DNA of 64,000 bases from Parcubacteria group bacterium (GCA_041649615.1 JBAZMT010000003.1:1297-65296); one strand, 5' to 3'. Numbered from the stretch's first letter, positions 9,096-19,519 are shown. The notes: generated by a model not told the origin, from the sequence alone. Made by a program: numbers and translations.

Positions 9096-11102
9096 ATGGC
9101 AGTCAGGGAAGCAGCAATCCGCGTCAACATGAAGGCGCAAGGCTTCCTGAGTGGCCTTCGCCAGTTGCTTCGAGACGCTGACACGACAGCCAGAAAGATG
9201 GGTACCTCGTTCAAGAACGCGGTCGGCCCATCTTTTCGTGAGGGCATCAAAAAGTCGAAAGACGCCCTGAAAGATCTGGGCTCGGGCGTCAAAGAGAACA
9301 TGAAGAACGTCGCGACGCTCGGCGGCGCGATTGGTACCGGTGCATTGATCAACAATGCAATGCAACTTCAGGAGCTCTACGGGCAGGTTGCCTTCCAGCT
9401 CGAACGCTCGACAAGCAAAGCTCATTCGTTAGCCGAGGTTCAGAATTACGTTACGAGTTCGGCGCGCAAGACCAAGCGCACGCATGAAGAACTCGGCAAC
9501 GCGATGGCAGTGATGCTTGATCGTGGTGCTGACCCAACCTTCGCAATCCAAAGCCTCGAAGCCGTTGGTCACGTGATGAACGTGACAGGCAAGGAAAGCG
9601 AAAAGGTCGGGCGCTTGATGGCAGGCATGCAGATCAAGTATGGTCTCAATGCGAAGCAAGCGGCCGCGATGATGGACGAAGTGCTTGTCGCGCAAAGTGC
9701 GGGCAAGCTCTCCATGGAAGAGTACATGGAGGACTTCAACGAGTTCGGTTCTGTCGCAAAGACCGCGGGTCTTGGTGGAACCAAGGGGCTCCAGTTCATG
9801 CTGAGCATGATCACCAAGATGGGGCCAGCGCTCAACGGTTCAACGGGAGAAGTCAGCGCGGGCTTGGACATCCTGTTCGAGCGCTTGCGCGATGTGGGCA
9901 TCGTCGAGAACATCTTCAAGACGGCCGCCCCGAGCGTGAAGTTCGACAAGAAGCAATTCGTCGCGCTGGACAACGCTGTCGACCAGCTCGAGTTCATGGC
10001 CAAGGCTGGTCCAAAGGTATTGGCCGCGTTCAAGGAAAGCTTCACGGGTCGCGAAGAGACAGCTGCTATCGAAGCGATGATGGGGTCTTACTTCAAGACC
10101 TACAATGAGCAGATCGGAAAGGGCGTCAAGGCCACCCAAGCCCATCTCGATGCGATGGAAGACTTGCGGCTCGACTTCCGCGACATGACGCAACCGGTAG
10201 CCGATCAAGGCAAGGTCATCGAGCAGAGCGCCAAGATTCAGGAAACCGGCTCGGCCAAGGTCCGAAGCGCGATGAACATCCTGAGCGAGGCAATGACGAA
10301 GCCTCAGATGCTCGAAGCGATCGACAGCCTTGCGACGAACATGCCTACGCTCGCCTCGGGGTTTGCCAAGCTGATCGAATTCGTGGTGAAGCACCCATTG
10401 CTCGCAGCCGGCGGGTTCGCAGCCGGTAAGGTTGGGCTTTCTTTTGCCGGTGGGGCGCTCAGCAACGCCGGAGCACAGATCGGCAAAGCCGCGGCCAAGA
10501 GCATCGCGACGCAGGCCGTGGCGATGGGGCCATGGAAGACGGCAGGGGCCGCCCTAGGCATCGCCGCGGTCGCTTACCTGGCCTATAAGGGCGGTGAGGC
10601 GCTCATCGACTCGATGTATGAAGCCCGGGCCAAGGAGCACGGAGCGGCCGTTGGCGCCGAAGCATCCGCGTTCGCAACGGCAGGCGGAACCGACATGATG
10701 AAGAAGGAGCAGGAGCTCCAAGGCATCAGGGCTCAGCTTGCCAAGGCCAAGGAAGAGCAGTCGAGCGTCGGTGGTATGGCTTCGGACATGGCCAATTCGC
10801 TCTTCGCAGCCCTCGCTGGAGCAGGGGCAGCCGTAGGGCTCAACGACGACGTAGGGTACTCGGACACCCGTGCCGACAGCATCGCCAAGCTCGAAGCCGC
10901 TGAGCGAGAGCTCACGGCCAGTATCGACAAGCAAAAGCAGAGCACTCAAGGCGTCGCAACCGGTGGGGACAAGGCTGCTCAGGCTTTGAACGATGCAAGC
11001 GTTGCCGCGTCCAACTTCGCCAAGGCGATGCGAGATGCCGGCGGAGATGGGCTTGCACGGCCACAGAACACAGGACCAGGCTTCTTATTCAGCCAGGGGT
11101 GA
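9096..11102 (+). CDS. tail tape measure protein
   Basis: 668 aa, Ala/Gly/Met-rich alpha-helical composition, AAGGAG RBS, followed by the baseplate genes. Confidence 0.65.
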   Translation: MAVREAAIRVNMKAQGFLSGLRQLLRDADTTARKMGTSFKNAVGPSFREGIKKSKDALKDLGSGVKENMKNVATLGGAIGTGALINNAMQLQELYGQVAFQLERSTSKAHSLAEVQNYVTSSARKTKRTHEELGNAMAVMLDRGADPTFAIQSLEAVGHVMNVTGKESEKVGRLMAGMQIKYGLNAKQAAAMMDEVLVAQSAGKLSMEEYMEDFNEFGSVAKTAGLGGTKGLQFMLSMITKMGPALNGSTGEVSAGLDILFERLRDVGIVENIFKTAAPSVKFDKKQFVALDNAVDQLEFMAKAGPKVLAAFKESFTGREETAAIEAMMGSYFKTYNEQIGKGVKATQAHLDAMEDLRLDFRDMTQPVADQGKVIEQSAKIQETGSAKVRSAMNILSEAMTKPQMLEAIDSLATNMPTLASGFAKLIEFVVKHPLLAAGGFAAGKVGLSFAGGALSNAGAQIGKAAAKSIATQAVAMGPWKTAGAALGIAAVAYLAYKGGEALIDSMYEARAKEHGAAVGAEASAFATAGGTDMMKKEQELQGIRAQLAKAKEEQSSVGGMASDMANSLFAALAGAGAAVGLNDDVGYSDTRADSIAKLEAAERELTASIDKQKQSTQGVATGGDKAAQALNDASVAASNFAKAMRDAGGDGLARPQNTGPGFLFSQG

Positions 11103-11136
11103 ATCTCGCCCCTCGCTACGGTAGAGTGAGGGCAAG

Positions 11137-12069
11137 ATGACAGTCTTCGAGCAGTATCCCGTCGCCAGTTGGAAGGTCGGCAGCCTCCCTGAGCTGAAGT
11201 TCCCTGTCTCAGGTATCAGCGAGTCGGGTGGGAACCGGCTCGTCGAACGTGAACGTCCCTACCGTGATGGAGCAAAGCTCGACGACACGGGTAGCAAGGC
11301 GAAGAAGTGGGGTCTTCGGGTTTGCTTCGACAACGGGATCGAAGAGGAAGGGCTTGACGCGGGCAAGCTCCTCTATCCCGACGTGCTCAACGAGATGATC
11401 GCTAGTTTCGACATTCACGAAACTGGAGACTTGATCGTACCGACTCGAGGGCGTGTTCGAGTGCGGGCTGAGTCGTACCAACGTGAAGAAACCGAAAGCG
11501 AACGTGATGAAGCCGTAGTCACGTTCACGTTCGTCGAAGACAACGAAGACAACGTTGGGGCAAACCAAATCGAGCCGATGTCCATCAATGCCAGCGCGAA
11601 CAGGCTCACCGAGCAGACCGTGTTTAGCGCCACTAGCGAAGGGATGTGGGGCACATCGCTCGCAGATCTAAACGAGTTCGCAGGTGAGCTCGAGGGGCTT
11701 GCGAATTACCCTGGCGACACGCTCGCCAATATCGACAGCCAATGCAGCATCGTAATCGGCGCGGCGAACCGTGTCGGACGGGCCTTCACTCGAGAGAGCG
11801 AAGAGAACCGCAACATGCTCAACGATCCAGAACTGAGCTTGACGCAACGCAAGCTCGAAGAGACCAAGGACATGGCCGCCCGAGCGCGTGCTGAAGCGTA
11901 CAAGGGGCGGCCGCGGCTCGTTCCGTTCTACGTCACGGGGGATACCGACTTGTTCTCCGTTGCCGCGGCCCTGAGTATCGAAGCCGATGACCTGATCGAG
12001 ATCAATCGAAGCTTCGACCCGTTCTTCGTACCGAAGGGTTCGACGATCAATACTTTGGAGAAGGCATAA
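11137..12069 (+). CDS. Mu N-like DNA circularization / baseplate hub protein
   Basis: N-terminus FPVSGISESGGNRLVERERPYRDGAKLDDTG resembles the Mu gpN pattern (F..V.S.SGGRRV..HEYP.RD...EDLG). Confidence 0.5.
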   Translation: MTVFEQYPVASWKVGSLPELKFPVSGISESGGNRLVERERPYRDGAKLDDTGSKAKKWGLRVCFDNGIEEEGLDAGKLLYPDVLNEMIASFDIHETGDLIVPTRGRVRVRAESYQREETESERDEAVVTFTFVEDNEDNVGANQIEPMSINASANRLTEQTVFSATSEGMWGTSLADLNEFAGELEGLANYPGDTLANIDSQCSIVIGAANRVGRAFTRESEENRNMLNDPELSLTQRKLEETKDMAARARAEAYKGRPRLVPFYVTGDTDLFSVAAALSIEADDLIEINRSFDPFFVPKGSTINTLEKA

Positions 12070-13235
12070 TGGCTCGCGGTCCGAGCTCTACGAACAAGAG
12101 CCGAGGCAACTCGCAACGCTACTTGGACACTGTTCGAATCGAGAGCGAGAACGGCGAGAGCTTCGACATCTTCAATAGTCTGAGCATCGCGAACGACTTC
12201 ATGTCGCCAAGCGAAGCGGCTTTTGAAGTTGGCGACGATGGCACTTGGTCCGAGCTCGAAGACATCACCGGCATGGGGAAGAAGTTCAAGGTCTTCGTCA
12301 ACGACCGGTTGCGTCTTACCGGTCGAGTCGAGTTGAACGACATCCCTGTCGATTCGAGCAACGGGGCAGTGACGCGCTTCACAGTTCGAACGCTAATGGC
12401 CGATGCGATGTACGCTTGCGCCAATCCAAACGTGAAAGTGAAGTCTACTTCGATCAAGGACTTCATCCTGTACCTTTGGGCACCACTCGGCGTCAAAGAA
12501 TCGGATTTCGTCTTCTTGGCAGACGTGAGTCGCAACCTAATGACGGGCAAGTCCAGCGACGGCACGAAGCCGAAGGTCGCGCTGGAAGACCTCAACGAGG
12601 AGCAGGCAAAGGTCAATCCGCCCGAGACCATCTACCAAGCAACGGATCGCCATCTGCAACGGCACGGGTTCATGATCTGGGACGCACCAGACGGCAAGCT
12701 CGTTGTCGGTGCTCCCGACGACAAGCAATCGATCCTCTATCAGTTCCGTATGTTCGGTGAGCCGAGTAGGCGCAACATGAACAACGTTCTGAGCATGCAA
12801 CGGACCAAGGATTGGTCCGGCGTGCCCGGGCTGCTCTACATGGCAGGAACGGGCGGGAACAAGGATTGGACGAAGAGCAAGGTTCGAGGTTTCGTCACGC
12901 AGAACGAGATCGATAAAGCCGGGTTCTACCGCCCCGTTCTGCTCATCAATGAAGGATTGAAGAACGACAAGCTTGCCCAACGGCAAGCCGAGCGTGAGAT
13001 GACCAATCGGTCCAAGCGCTTGGACACTTGGACCATCACCGTCGACGGCCTGAGCTACTTCGACGGAATGGAGCGGTTTCAGTACGCAATCGACACGACA
13101 GCCGAAGTCATCAGTTCGGTTGCAGGTGGTCCGAACGGTGCTTACTTGGTGACACGCGTTCAACTCAATCGAAACGTCAACGAAGGTGATACCGCCGAGC
13201 TGACCTTGCTCAAGCGCGGGCTTTGGAGGTTGTGA
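12069..13235 (+). CDS. baseplate protein (Mu P / P2 gpD late-control-D-like)
   Basis: 388 aa; position after the N-like gene; start overlaps the upstream stop. Confidence 0.4.
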   Translation: MARGPSSTNKSRGNSQRYLDTVRIESENGESFDIFNSLSIANDFMSPSEAAFEVGDDGTWSELEDITGMGKKFKVFVNDRLRLTGRVELNDIPVDSSNGAVTRFTVRTLMADAMYACANPNVKVKSTSIKDFILYLWAPLGVKESDFVFLADVSRNLMTGKSSDGTKPKVALEDLNEEQAKVNPPETIYQATDRHLQRHGFMIWDAPDGKLVVGAPDDKQSILYQFRMFGEPSRRNMNNVLSMQRTKDWSGVPGLLYMAGTGGNKDWTKSKVRGFVTQNEIDKAGFYRPVLLINEGLKNDKLAQRQAEREMTNRSKRLDTWTITVDGLSYFDGMERFQYAIDTTAEVISSVAGGPNGAYLVTRVQLNRNVNEGDTAELTLLKRGLWRL

Positions 13236-13981
13236 TGGGCGCGTTCGACTTCGTTTCTCAGTTTGCTCGAGTGCTCGGTTCGAGCATGAACCCGAAGACG
13301 TATGCAATCCAAGTTGACTTGGGTGGCATCGGCAGCCTTGATGAAGTTGAGACGTCTGACGACAAGGGTGAGGTGAGCCCGCAAAGCGAGCTCTTCGGTG
13401 CGCTCGGGTTCGTTGGGCGCCCAAGGAACAAGCAAACGATCAAGGGCATCGAATACTTCTGCGAAGCCCTTTGCATGCGCACGGCCGACGGCCTCGTGCC
13501 AGTCAGTTGGCGTGATTTGCGCTTGAACTCGTTCTTTCCGAATGGCGTGCCCGAAGGGCGTATTGGGATGGTCGGCTACGGTGGAGGGTTCCACACGATT
13601 GATCTCACCGAAGCAAACAACGGTGACCAGAAGACGAGCATCCACTTCATCTACGCTCCCTATTCGTTCAGCAATGGCACGCCGAGCAAAGCGATGGCCA
13701 TCTGCCTCGACACGACACCGGGTGCCGAGAACATCTCGATGAGCATTGGCGGGGGAACGTCTGGCTACCAGATGACGATGAACGAAGTCGACGGCGTGCA
13801 AGTTCGAACGCCGAACACCGGGACTTGCTTCAACATCCGCGAAAAGGAAATCTTGCTGACCGCCGAAAAGATCATGCTCAAGGGGAATGTCTACGTTGGG
13901 TCCCAAGCCGAAGCCGGCATCCCACTCCTCGCTGGAGCGGCGAGCCCACCTTGCCCGAGTCTATTCGTCTCGTCAGTGTAG
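13223..13981 (+). CDS. putative baseplate spike (gpV / Mu gp45-like)
   Basis: 252 aa; position within the baseplate module; weak family resemblance only. Confidence 0.35.
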   Translation: MEVVMGAFDFVSQFARVLGSSMNPKTYAIQVDLGGIGSLDEVETSDDKGEVSPQSELFGALGFVGRPRNKQTIKGIEYFCEALCMRTADGLVPVSWRDLRLNSFFPNGVPEGRIGMVGYGGGFHTIDLTEANNGDQKTSIHFIYAPYSFSNGTPSKAMAICLDTTPGAENISMSIGGGTSGYQMTMNEVDGVQVRTPNTGTCFNIREKEILLTAEKIMLKGNVYVGSQAEAGIPLLAGAASPPCPSLFVSSV

Positions 13982-13990
13982 GAGCACCCC

Positions 13991-14320
13991 ATGGCGTTAG
14001 ATCCTGGTTCCATCTCAATTGACCCGGTATCGGGTACGACGATTGCTTCGACAGGGGCCGCGGGAGCCGCGTTCGATTCGCTCTTGGCCAAGACCGACTT
14101 CGGTAACCTTTCAGTGACGAACCCGCCGGCATACGCCAAGGCGAAGCAACAGATCGCAGACATCGCCGAAGCTATCGCAACGGCGACGGCTTACTTGCTC
14201 GAGAATGGCCAGCTGCAAGGCACGGTCGCACCTGGCATCGCCGTCTCCACCGCAGGGACAGCGGCCGCCCAAACCGGCGCAACGACAGCGCCAGGAACGG
14301 TCTCGGGCAAGGTCATCTGA
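13991..14320 (+). CDS. hypothetical Ala/Gly/Thr-rich small protein
   Basis: 109-aa ORF in the baseplate cluster; its stop overlaps the next start (TGATG). Confidence 0.45.
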   Translation: MALDPGSISIDPVSGTTIASTGAAGAAFDSLLAKTDFGNLSVTNPPAYAKAKQQIADIAEAIATATAYLLENGQLQGTVAPGIAVSTAGTAAAQTGATTAPGTVSGKVI

Positions 14321-14652
14321 TGGCGACTCTTTGCGCGTTCCCAAAGCTTCCAGGCTTACCGGTATTGATCATCCCTCTACCGGCCTTGCCAGCTTTGCCC
14401 GTGCTCCCAAGGCTGCCCTTCATCAATCTGCCCGGGCTGCCCCACCTGCCCGAACTGCCGATACTGATGATTCCATTGCCGGCATTGCCGGCTCTGCCGA
14501 CGCTTCCAACGTTGCCGTTCTTCGCGTTGCTGATCGGGCTGCCCCACCTGCCCGCGTTGCCAGTATTGGTGATCCCGTTGCCCGCGTTGCCGGCTCTTCC
14601 TACGTTGCCCACCTTGCCGACGCTACCGTGCCCGCTCGACCTTGCGGCATAG
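14320..14652 (+). CDS. (L-P-x)n proline/leucine triplet-repeat protein
   Basis: 110-aa ORF translationally coupled to the upstream gene. The DNA shows a 9-bp periodic repeat (TTGCCNNNN); the protein is essentially LPALPALPVLPRLPF... throughout. Confidence 0.45.
   Translation: MATLCAFPKLPGLPVLIIPLPALPALPVLPRLPFINLPGLPHLPELPILMIPLPALPALPTLPTLPFFALLIGLPHLPALPVLVIPLPALPALPTLPTLPTLPCPLDLAA
14341..14640 (+). repeat. 9-bp periodic microsatellite-like repeat (TTGCCNNNN)n encoding (LPx)n
   Basis: About 30 consecutive 9-nt units with a conserved T/C-TGCC core. Confidence 0.75.
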
Positions 14653-14760
14653 GTAGGTTCCCCGCGCTGGACCCCTCGCTAGCGCGTCGTTTGGCACCCT
14701 TGGCGGGCCTTTCGGCTTGACACTCTCGAACGATGTTGCTCGGGGTGATAGAGTCACCCC

Positions 14761-15219
14761 ATGGCGTTCCCCTACATTCCATCGGCAGGTATCTCACCAT
14801 TGGGAACCACCGAATTGTCGGAATACCGTCCCCTTCCACCTCCGCCGGTGATTCGGGCCGATAAACTGAACTATCAGGCTCAGGCGTTCGATAGTGTGTT
14901 CTCCGACCGAGACCCAACGGACGCCGCGGTAATCGAGGCTCTGTGGAGGGTTCGAGGTAGTGGGGCAGCCGTACGAAACACCGGCGCTCGATTCTTGGAC
15001 GTGCGCAAGCTCGACGACAAGGCCAAGATCTTGCTCGAGAACGAAGCACGCGTTGCCCTTGCACGGTTGGTCCGCCGTGGGGACATCACCATCACGAAGA
15101 TCACCGTTGAGACCGGCAACGATTGGGCCGAGATAACGGTGTTCTATGTGAACAACCGAACGGCCTTGGCCAAGAAGGACAGAACAGCAAAGAAGCGCTT
15201 GCCAGAGGAGATCGCGTAA
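14761..15219 (+). CDS. baseplate wedge protein (gp25 / GPW-like)
   Basis: 152 aa; C-terminal ITITKITVETGNDWAEITVFYVNN beta-rich pattern typical of the GPW/gp25 family; precedes the baseplate-J-like gene. Confidence 0.5.
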   Translation: MAFPYIPSAGISPLGTTELSEYRPLPPPPVIRADKLNYQAQAFDSVFSDRDPTDAAVIEALWRVRGSGAAVRNTGARFLDVRKLDDKAKILLENEARVALARLVRRGDITITKITVETGNDWAEITVFYVNNRTALAKKDRTAKKRLPEEIA

Positions 15220-16826
15220 TGGCTCTTTCAGAAGATCGAAAGTTCGTAACGTTCCGTCGTGGCAAGGTGCGCGACGACATCATTCTGGCTCGCTTTCGAA
15301 ACACCTTGCGCGGCAAGACCAACCCCGACACGGGCCAGCCGTTCACGGAAGACGAGATTGCGGTCATCACTCAGGAGGACAGTCGCTTCTTCATCGAAGC
15401 CGACGGGATCGATCTCTACGGGCAAGCCGTACAATCGCGTGCTCTGTGGTTCGTCGATCAGATTCATCCAGCGCGAGCAGCAAGCGGGTTCTTGCGGAAC
15501 TTCCATGGCGCTCTATGGCTGCCCGATGGGTTCTTGGATGCAACGGGCGGCTCGGGGCCAGTGCTTGCGACGGGTAGCGCCGGGACCATCTACGTCGGTA
15601 GCACCACGATCGGTGACCCGACTGCATCTATTGCCCGCGACCCCGCGGGCAAGCGCTATCAGGTGCTCGTCACAACGACTGCTGACAGCAACGGCAACGC
15701 GACGCTCCAGATGCAGGGCATCGACACGGGGGACTCGACCAACCCTGTCGCGGGTACGTTGCTCACGTGGATCAATCCGCCTTTGGGCACGGCCCCCGAA
15801 GCGCAAGTCATCACGTCGTTCACCGGCGGGTTCAACCAGGAAACCGAAGCCGAATTCGCTCAGCGCATCATGCGCAGAATTCGGAACAAGCCCGGAGCAG
15901 GGAACAACGCTCAGTTTCGCATCTGGGCAGGGCAATCGAGCAACGCTGTCCAGGATGCCTTCGTCTACGCGACGGCGCTTCATTCAGGGAGCACAATCGT
16001 TGCCATCGCTCAGAAGCGCGGGAACTCTGTGGGCCCCAATGCTCGCGTCGCCAGCATCGGCACCTTGACCACTGCAACGGCGTTCCTGACTCCCCCGACG
16101 AGCCCTGTCGTGCCGCATGGAGCGCACGTCTTGGTCGTACCCATGATTCCGCAATCGACGAACGTCGTGATGACGCTATCGATGCCTCGCGGTTCTGTTG
16201 GCGGTTGGGCAGACGTCGACCCATGGCCGCGCTGGAGCAGCAACTTCAACACCGGTGTTCAGGTTGGTACGATCATTAGCCAAACCGTATTCTCCGTCTT
16301 TACGGACGAAGGGCTTGCGGGTTTGGATTCGTATGGCGATGTCGTCATTGGGGAAGATGCCCCTGCGATGATGGTGTGGAACGACGCCATCTCTTCTTTC
16401 GAAGTGCTCGACGTTGACCGCATCAATTACATCGGTTTGAACGAGTACCAGATCGTTCTGAACACGGCCACGGCGAAGACGATCACGTACGGCGACATCA
16501 TTAGCCCGAAGAACAACCGCATGGAGATCATCACCGAAGTGTTCCAGGACTACTTCGACGAACTCGGGCCGAGCGAGCTCGTCGGTTCGACCGATGTTCG
16601 GTTCGTTCGAGCCGCACGGTTTCCACGGCCAGACCAGGAATACTCGATGCGAGCAGGGCAAAGCATCATTGCTCGCCTCGACGACCAATTAGGTGGGGCT
16701 CTGTCCGATGCCGAATTGAAGTTCATCACCCAGAACACGCCATCGGTTCCAAACGAGTATTCGATCATCAACGGTCCGACCTACTTGACTTTGGGACGTG
16801 TCGGCCTCTACGCCTCCGAAAGCTGA
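15219..16826 (+). CDS. baseplate J-like protein
   Basis: ~535 aa; start at a TAATG overlap with the gp25-like gene; call by position (Mu gp47 / P2 gpJ slot). Confidence 0.5.
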   Translation: MALSEDRKFVTFRRGKVRDDIILARFRNTLRGKTNPDTGQPFTEDEIAVITQEDSRFFIEADGIDLYGQAVQSRALWFVDQIHPARAASGFLRNFHGALWLPDGFLDATGGSGPVLATGSAGTIYVGSTTIGDPTASIARDPAGKRYQVLVTTTADSNGNATLQMQGIDTGDSTNPVAGTLLTWINPPLGTAPEAQVITSFTGGFNQETEAEFAQRIMRRIRNKPGAGNNAQFRIWAGQSSNAVQDAFVYATALHSGSTIVAIAQKRGNSVGPNARVASIGTLTTATAFLTPPTSPVVPHGAHVLVVPMIPQSTNVVMTLSMPRGSVGGWADVDPWPRWSSNFNTGVQVGTIISQTVFSVFTDEGLAGLDSYGDVVIGEDAPAMMVWNDAISSFEVLDVDRINYIGLNEYQIVLNTATAKTITYGDIISPKNNRMEIITEVFQDYFDELGPSELVGSTDVRFVRAARFPRPDQEYSMRAGQSIIARLDDQLGGALSDAELKFITQNTPSVPNEYSIINGPTYLTLGRVGLYASES

Positions 16827-16839
16827 AAGGAACAGCATC

Positions 16840-17337
16840 ATGTCAGGGTTTCCAAATCGTATCGGCCGAAGCAGCCTTGGTCCAACTCTCGAGGACAAGT
16901 GGCCAGTCGTCAATCCGAAGCACGATCTCGGCGCTGCTCAGTTCAACTTGGCCTTCCATCAGATCGCGGGGATGAACCTCGTGTCGGCACGTGGGCTCTT
17001 GTTCGTCGACGTGAATTCCGGCACGGGTACCGTCACGACAACCTATCAGGGCATCGCCTGGGATCCGGATGGCTTACTGCCGAAAGTCGTGTGGACGCGT
17101 TCGGCCGCGGGCATCTACTCATGGTCGTTGCCTCAGACGAGTTACCTCGACGAATCCGGCAACGCCATCACGGTCGAAGTGCTCGGCGGGTACCCGATGC
17201 CGCAAGAGCTCGTCGGTGGCAACGTAGTCATCGGTCAGCACGTCAAGACCGGGGTCCGCGCTGGAACGGTACATCTCATCGTTCCGGGGCTCGCCAACGC
17301 TCATTACGACTCGGACTTCATCTTCCTCTTCTGGTGA
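16840..17337 (+). CDS. putative tail protein (P2 gpI / Mu gp48-like)
   Basis: 165 aa, GAAAGG RBS; call by position after the J-like gene. Confidence 0.4.
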   Translation: MSGFPNRIGRSSLGPTLEDKWPVVNPKHDLGAAQFNLAFHQIAGMNLVSARGLLFVDVNSGTGTVTTTYQGIAWDPDGLLPKVVWTRSAAGIYSWSLPQTSYLDESGNAITVEVLGGYPMPQELVGGNVVIGQHVKTGVRAGTVHLIVPGLANAHYDSDFIFLFW

Positions 17338-17341
17338 TCTC

Positions 17342-18049
17342 ATGCCTCTAGCAAGCGGCAACTCACTTCCATTTCAAGTCGGTGGTAGCCCGACACGTTT
17401 CGAAGCGACCTATACGGCCTTGCAACGCATGGTCGGTCGAAACGGGTATTCTACCAACGACGACGAGATCGAAGCATTGTGGAGGCAAGCCAAGGCTGAC
17501 GCCTTGGCCGCCCTAGGTACCTTTGACGAACGTGCGGCAATGCAAGCGTCACCCGAAACGGCGACGGACTACATCCCTGTCTACGAAGAGATCTTGGGCA
17601 TCACTATCGACACCGAACGTTCCGATCAGCAACGGCGCGACGTCATCGTGCCTGACTACACGGGCGTTCCAGAAGCATGGACTACGGGGCTCAACGAAGC
17701 GATTGCTCGAATCGACACGTTGGCGTCTGTCTTGTTCAGGCCATGGAGGAATTCGGGGACGTGCCAGATTGGACGTTGGTACGAGCCTTTCGACGGCTCT
17801 GACCCGTACGATGCCAGCGGCTCGCGCAATTCAACGGCATGGCCCAACGTCAGCGACATGCATACCGTGATCGTCAAGTACGACATCGGTTCAGGCGTTG
17901 CACCGAACCGAGAGCAACTCCGCAAGGCCATTCAAATCCAAAACCACTTGAACGAAGTTTGCCCGTCTTGGGTGGACTTCCATCTCATCTACTCCACGGG
18001 CTTCATTCTTGATCGAAGCCTTTTGGACGCGACCGGATTCGGGAGCTAG
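17342..18049 (+). CDS. hypothetical tail-module protein
   Basis: 235-aa ORF. Confidence 0.5.
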   Translation: MPLASGNSLPFQVGGSPTRFEATYTALQRMVGRNGYSTNDDEIEALWRQAKADALAALGTFDERAAMQASPETATDYIPVYEEILGITIDTERSDQQRRDVIVPDYTGVPEAWTTGLNEAIARIDTLASVLFRPWRNSGTCQIGRWYEPFDGSDPYDASGSRNSTAWPNVSDMHTVIVKYDIGSGVAPNREQLRKAIQIQNHLNEVCPSWVDFHLIYSTGFILDRSLLDATGFGS

Positions 18050-18051
18050 CA

Positions 18052-18432
18052 ATGGGCATCATTCTCAACCCAAACGAGAGCTTTCAGCCTCGACACCTCG
18101 CGACAAGTACCGTCGCGATGAGCATCTACAATGTCCTAGCCGTCGCTGGACGTGAGTTGACGGTGAAGGAGATCTATCACGCGGTTTGCACTGGTCACAA
18201 TCAGGAGCTCCCGCCTGAGCAAGTTATCGAAGCGATGCATGGGCTTTGCAAGCGTCGCTTCTTGTGCGTTCATCATGCCGACGATAGAAACCCCACCGAA
18301 CGGTTCTCAACGGCAGACAAGCTTCATCGAGTCGTTCGCTCTCGTGACCGTTCTGGTGACGGGTGGGACAATTGGCGCGTCGTGAATCAAGACAATAGCG
18401 TGCAACGTTTGGAGGAGATCAATGTTCAGTAG
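18052..18432 (+). CDS. hypothetical protein
   Basis: 126-aa ORF. Confidence 0.45.
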   Translation: MGIILNPNESFQPRHLATSTVAMSIYNVLAVAGRELTVKEIYHAVCTGHNQELPPEQVIEAMHGLCKRRFLCVHHADDRNPTERFSTADKLHRVVRSRDRSGDGWDNWRVVNQDNSVQRLEEINVQ

Positions 18433-19519
18433 AGTCAATCCACTTGGTTGGGCGCTATTCGAAGAACTGACGAGCGCCCAGATGAACCTTCTCGACTTGA
18501 ATGCGAGTCGAGCAATCGACGGCACGTTCGGTGGAACGTACAATCCGAGCGGGCCCATCAACATCAACGGCACGTTGAACGTGACCAACTTGGTCTTCAC
18601 CGGCGGTACCGTTGACAACTTGACGGTGACCTACACGCTAGACGGAAACATCATCAATTGTAATGAGATCAACATTGCATCGGAGATGAACTGCAACGGC
18701 GTCGCGTTGCTGAACGATACGGTCTACTTCTACGACAATGCCTACTTCGTCGGCACGGGAACGAACTTCTACTTCTACAGTGGAGGCACGTTCGACTTCA
18801 CGAACGGCATCTTCCTTGTCCAGAACGGAGGCCTTGCGCGCTTCGCTTCGGACGTGGACTTCACGAACGATTGCACCGTTGTCGTTCAGACCAACTGCGA
18901 TTGGACGTTCAACAACTGGCCAGTCTTTCAGACTGGTTTGCGAGCGTACGGTTCGAACCTCTTCTACACGGCTCCAGCGTTCTACGAAGGGCTTTCGATT
19001 GCAGCTGGCAAGCTCATCACCTACTCAACACCCCAATCGTGGATCATTCGATTCCCGTTCGTCTTGGGTGGGCAAGTCACGTCGATGTCGAGTTCATACG
19101 ACATCGACTCGAGTGGCTTCTGCAAACAGATCGCGAACTCGTCATGGCCGATTCGACTTTGGTCTTTCCCTCAAGGTCTGTGGGGCAAGACCCCGGTCGA
19201 CATCATCGCGGCTGAATTCTACGCGCGAGCGAACGGTCTTAGCGGCATGCCGACTGGCGACACTCAGTTCCGCATCTTCAAGATCGACCATTACTGGAAC
19301 CCAATTGGATCGGCAGCAACGGCGAACGATTCGAACCCGAACAACTCAACGGACCATTACGTTCCGTGGAGCGGTACCATCACTCTTGATCCATCGACTG
19401 AGATCTTCGGTCTTGTGTTCCTTGGGTATAACGGCGGTGACACCCTCGGCGGTTCGAAGTGGTACGAAATCAAGTCCGTTCGCATGACGCTGCGAACGAA
19501 CGCGAGAGGCCTCTACTAA
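18422..19519 (+). CDS. putative tail fibre / receptor-binding protein
   Basis: 365 aa; Asn/Thr/Gly/Phe-rich beta-type composition (NGTLNVTNLVFTGGTVDNLTVTYTLDGN). Confidence 0.45.
   Translation: MFSRVNPLGWALFEELTSAQMNLLDLNASRAIDGTFGGTYNPSGPININGTLNVTNLVFTGGTVDNLTVTYTLDGNIINCNEINIASEMNCNGVALLNDTVYFYDNAYFVGTGTNFYFYSGGTFDFTNGIFLVQNGGLARFASDVDFTNDCTVVVQTNCDWTFNNWPVFQTGLRAYGSNLFYTAPAFYEGLSIAAGKLITYSTPQSWIIRFPFVLGGQVTSMSSSYDIDSSGFCKQIANSSWPIRLWSFPQGLWGKTPVDIIAAEFYARANGLSGMPTGDTQFRIFKIDHYWNPIGSAATANDSNPNNSTDHYVPWSGTITLDPSTEIFGLVFLGYNGGDTLGGSKWYEIKSVRMTLRTNARGLY

Noticed and set aside
11103-11136. Imperfect hairpin between the tape measure gene and 11137
   Set aside because: Arms mismatch at several positions, and the gap is only 34 nt with a strong RBS; more likely just the ribosome-binding region.
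14313-14612. Minus-strand Gly/Asn-rich repeat ORF (GNAGNGI...) opposite the LPx repeat gene
   Set aside because: Same DNA repeat read in antisense. The + strand ORF is translationally coupled (TGATG) within a co-directional operon, so the + reading is preferred; this remains an open alternative.
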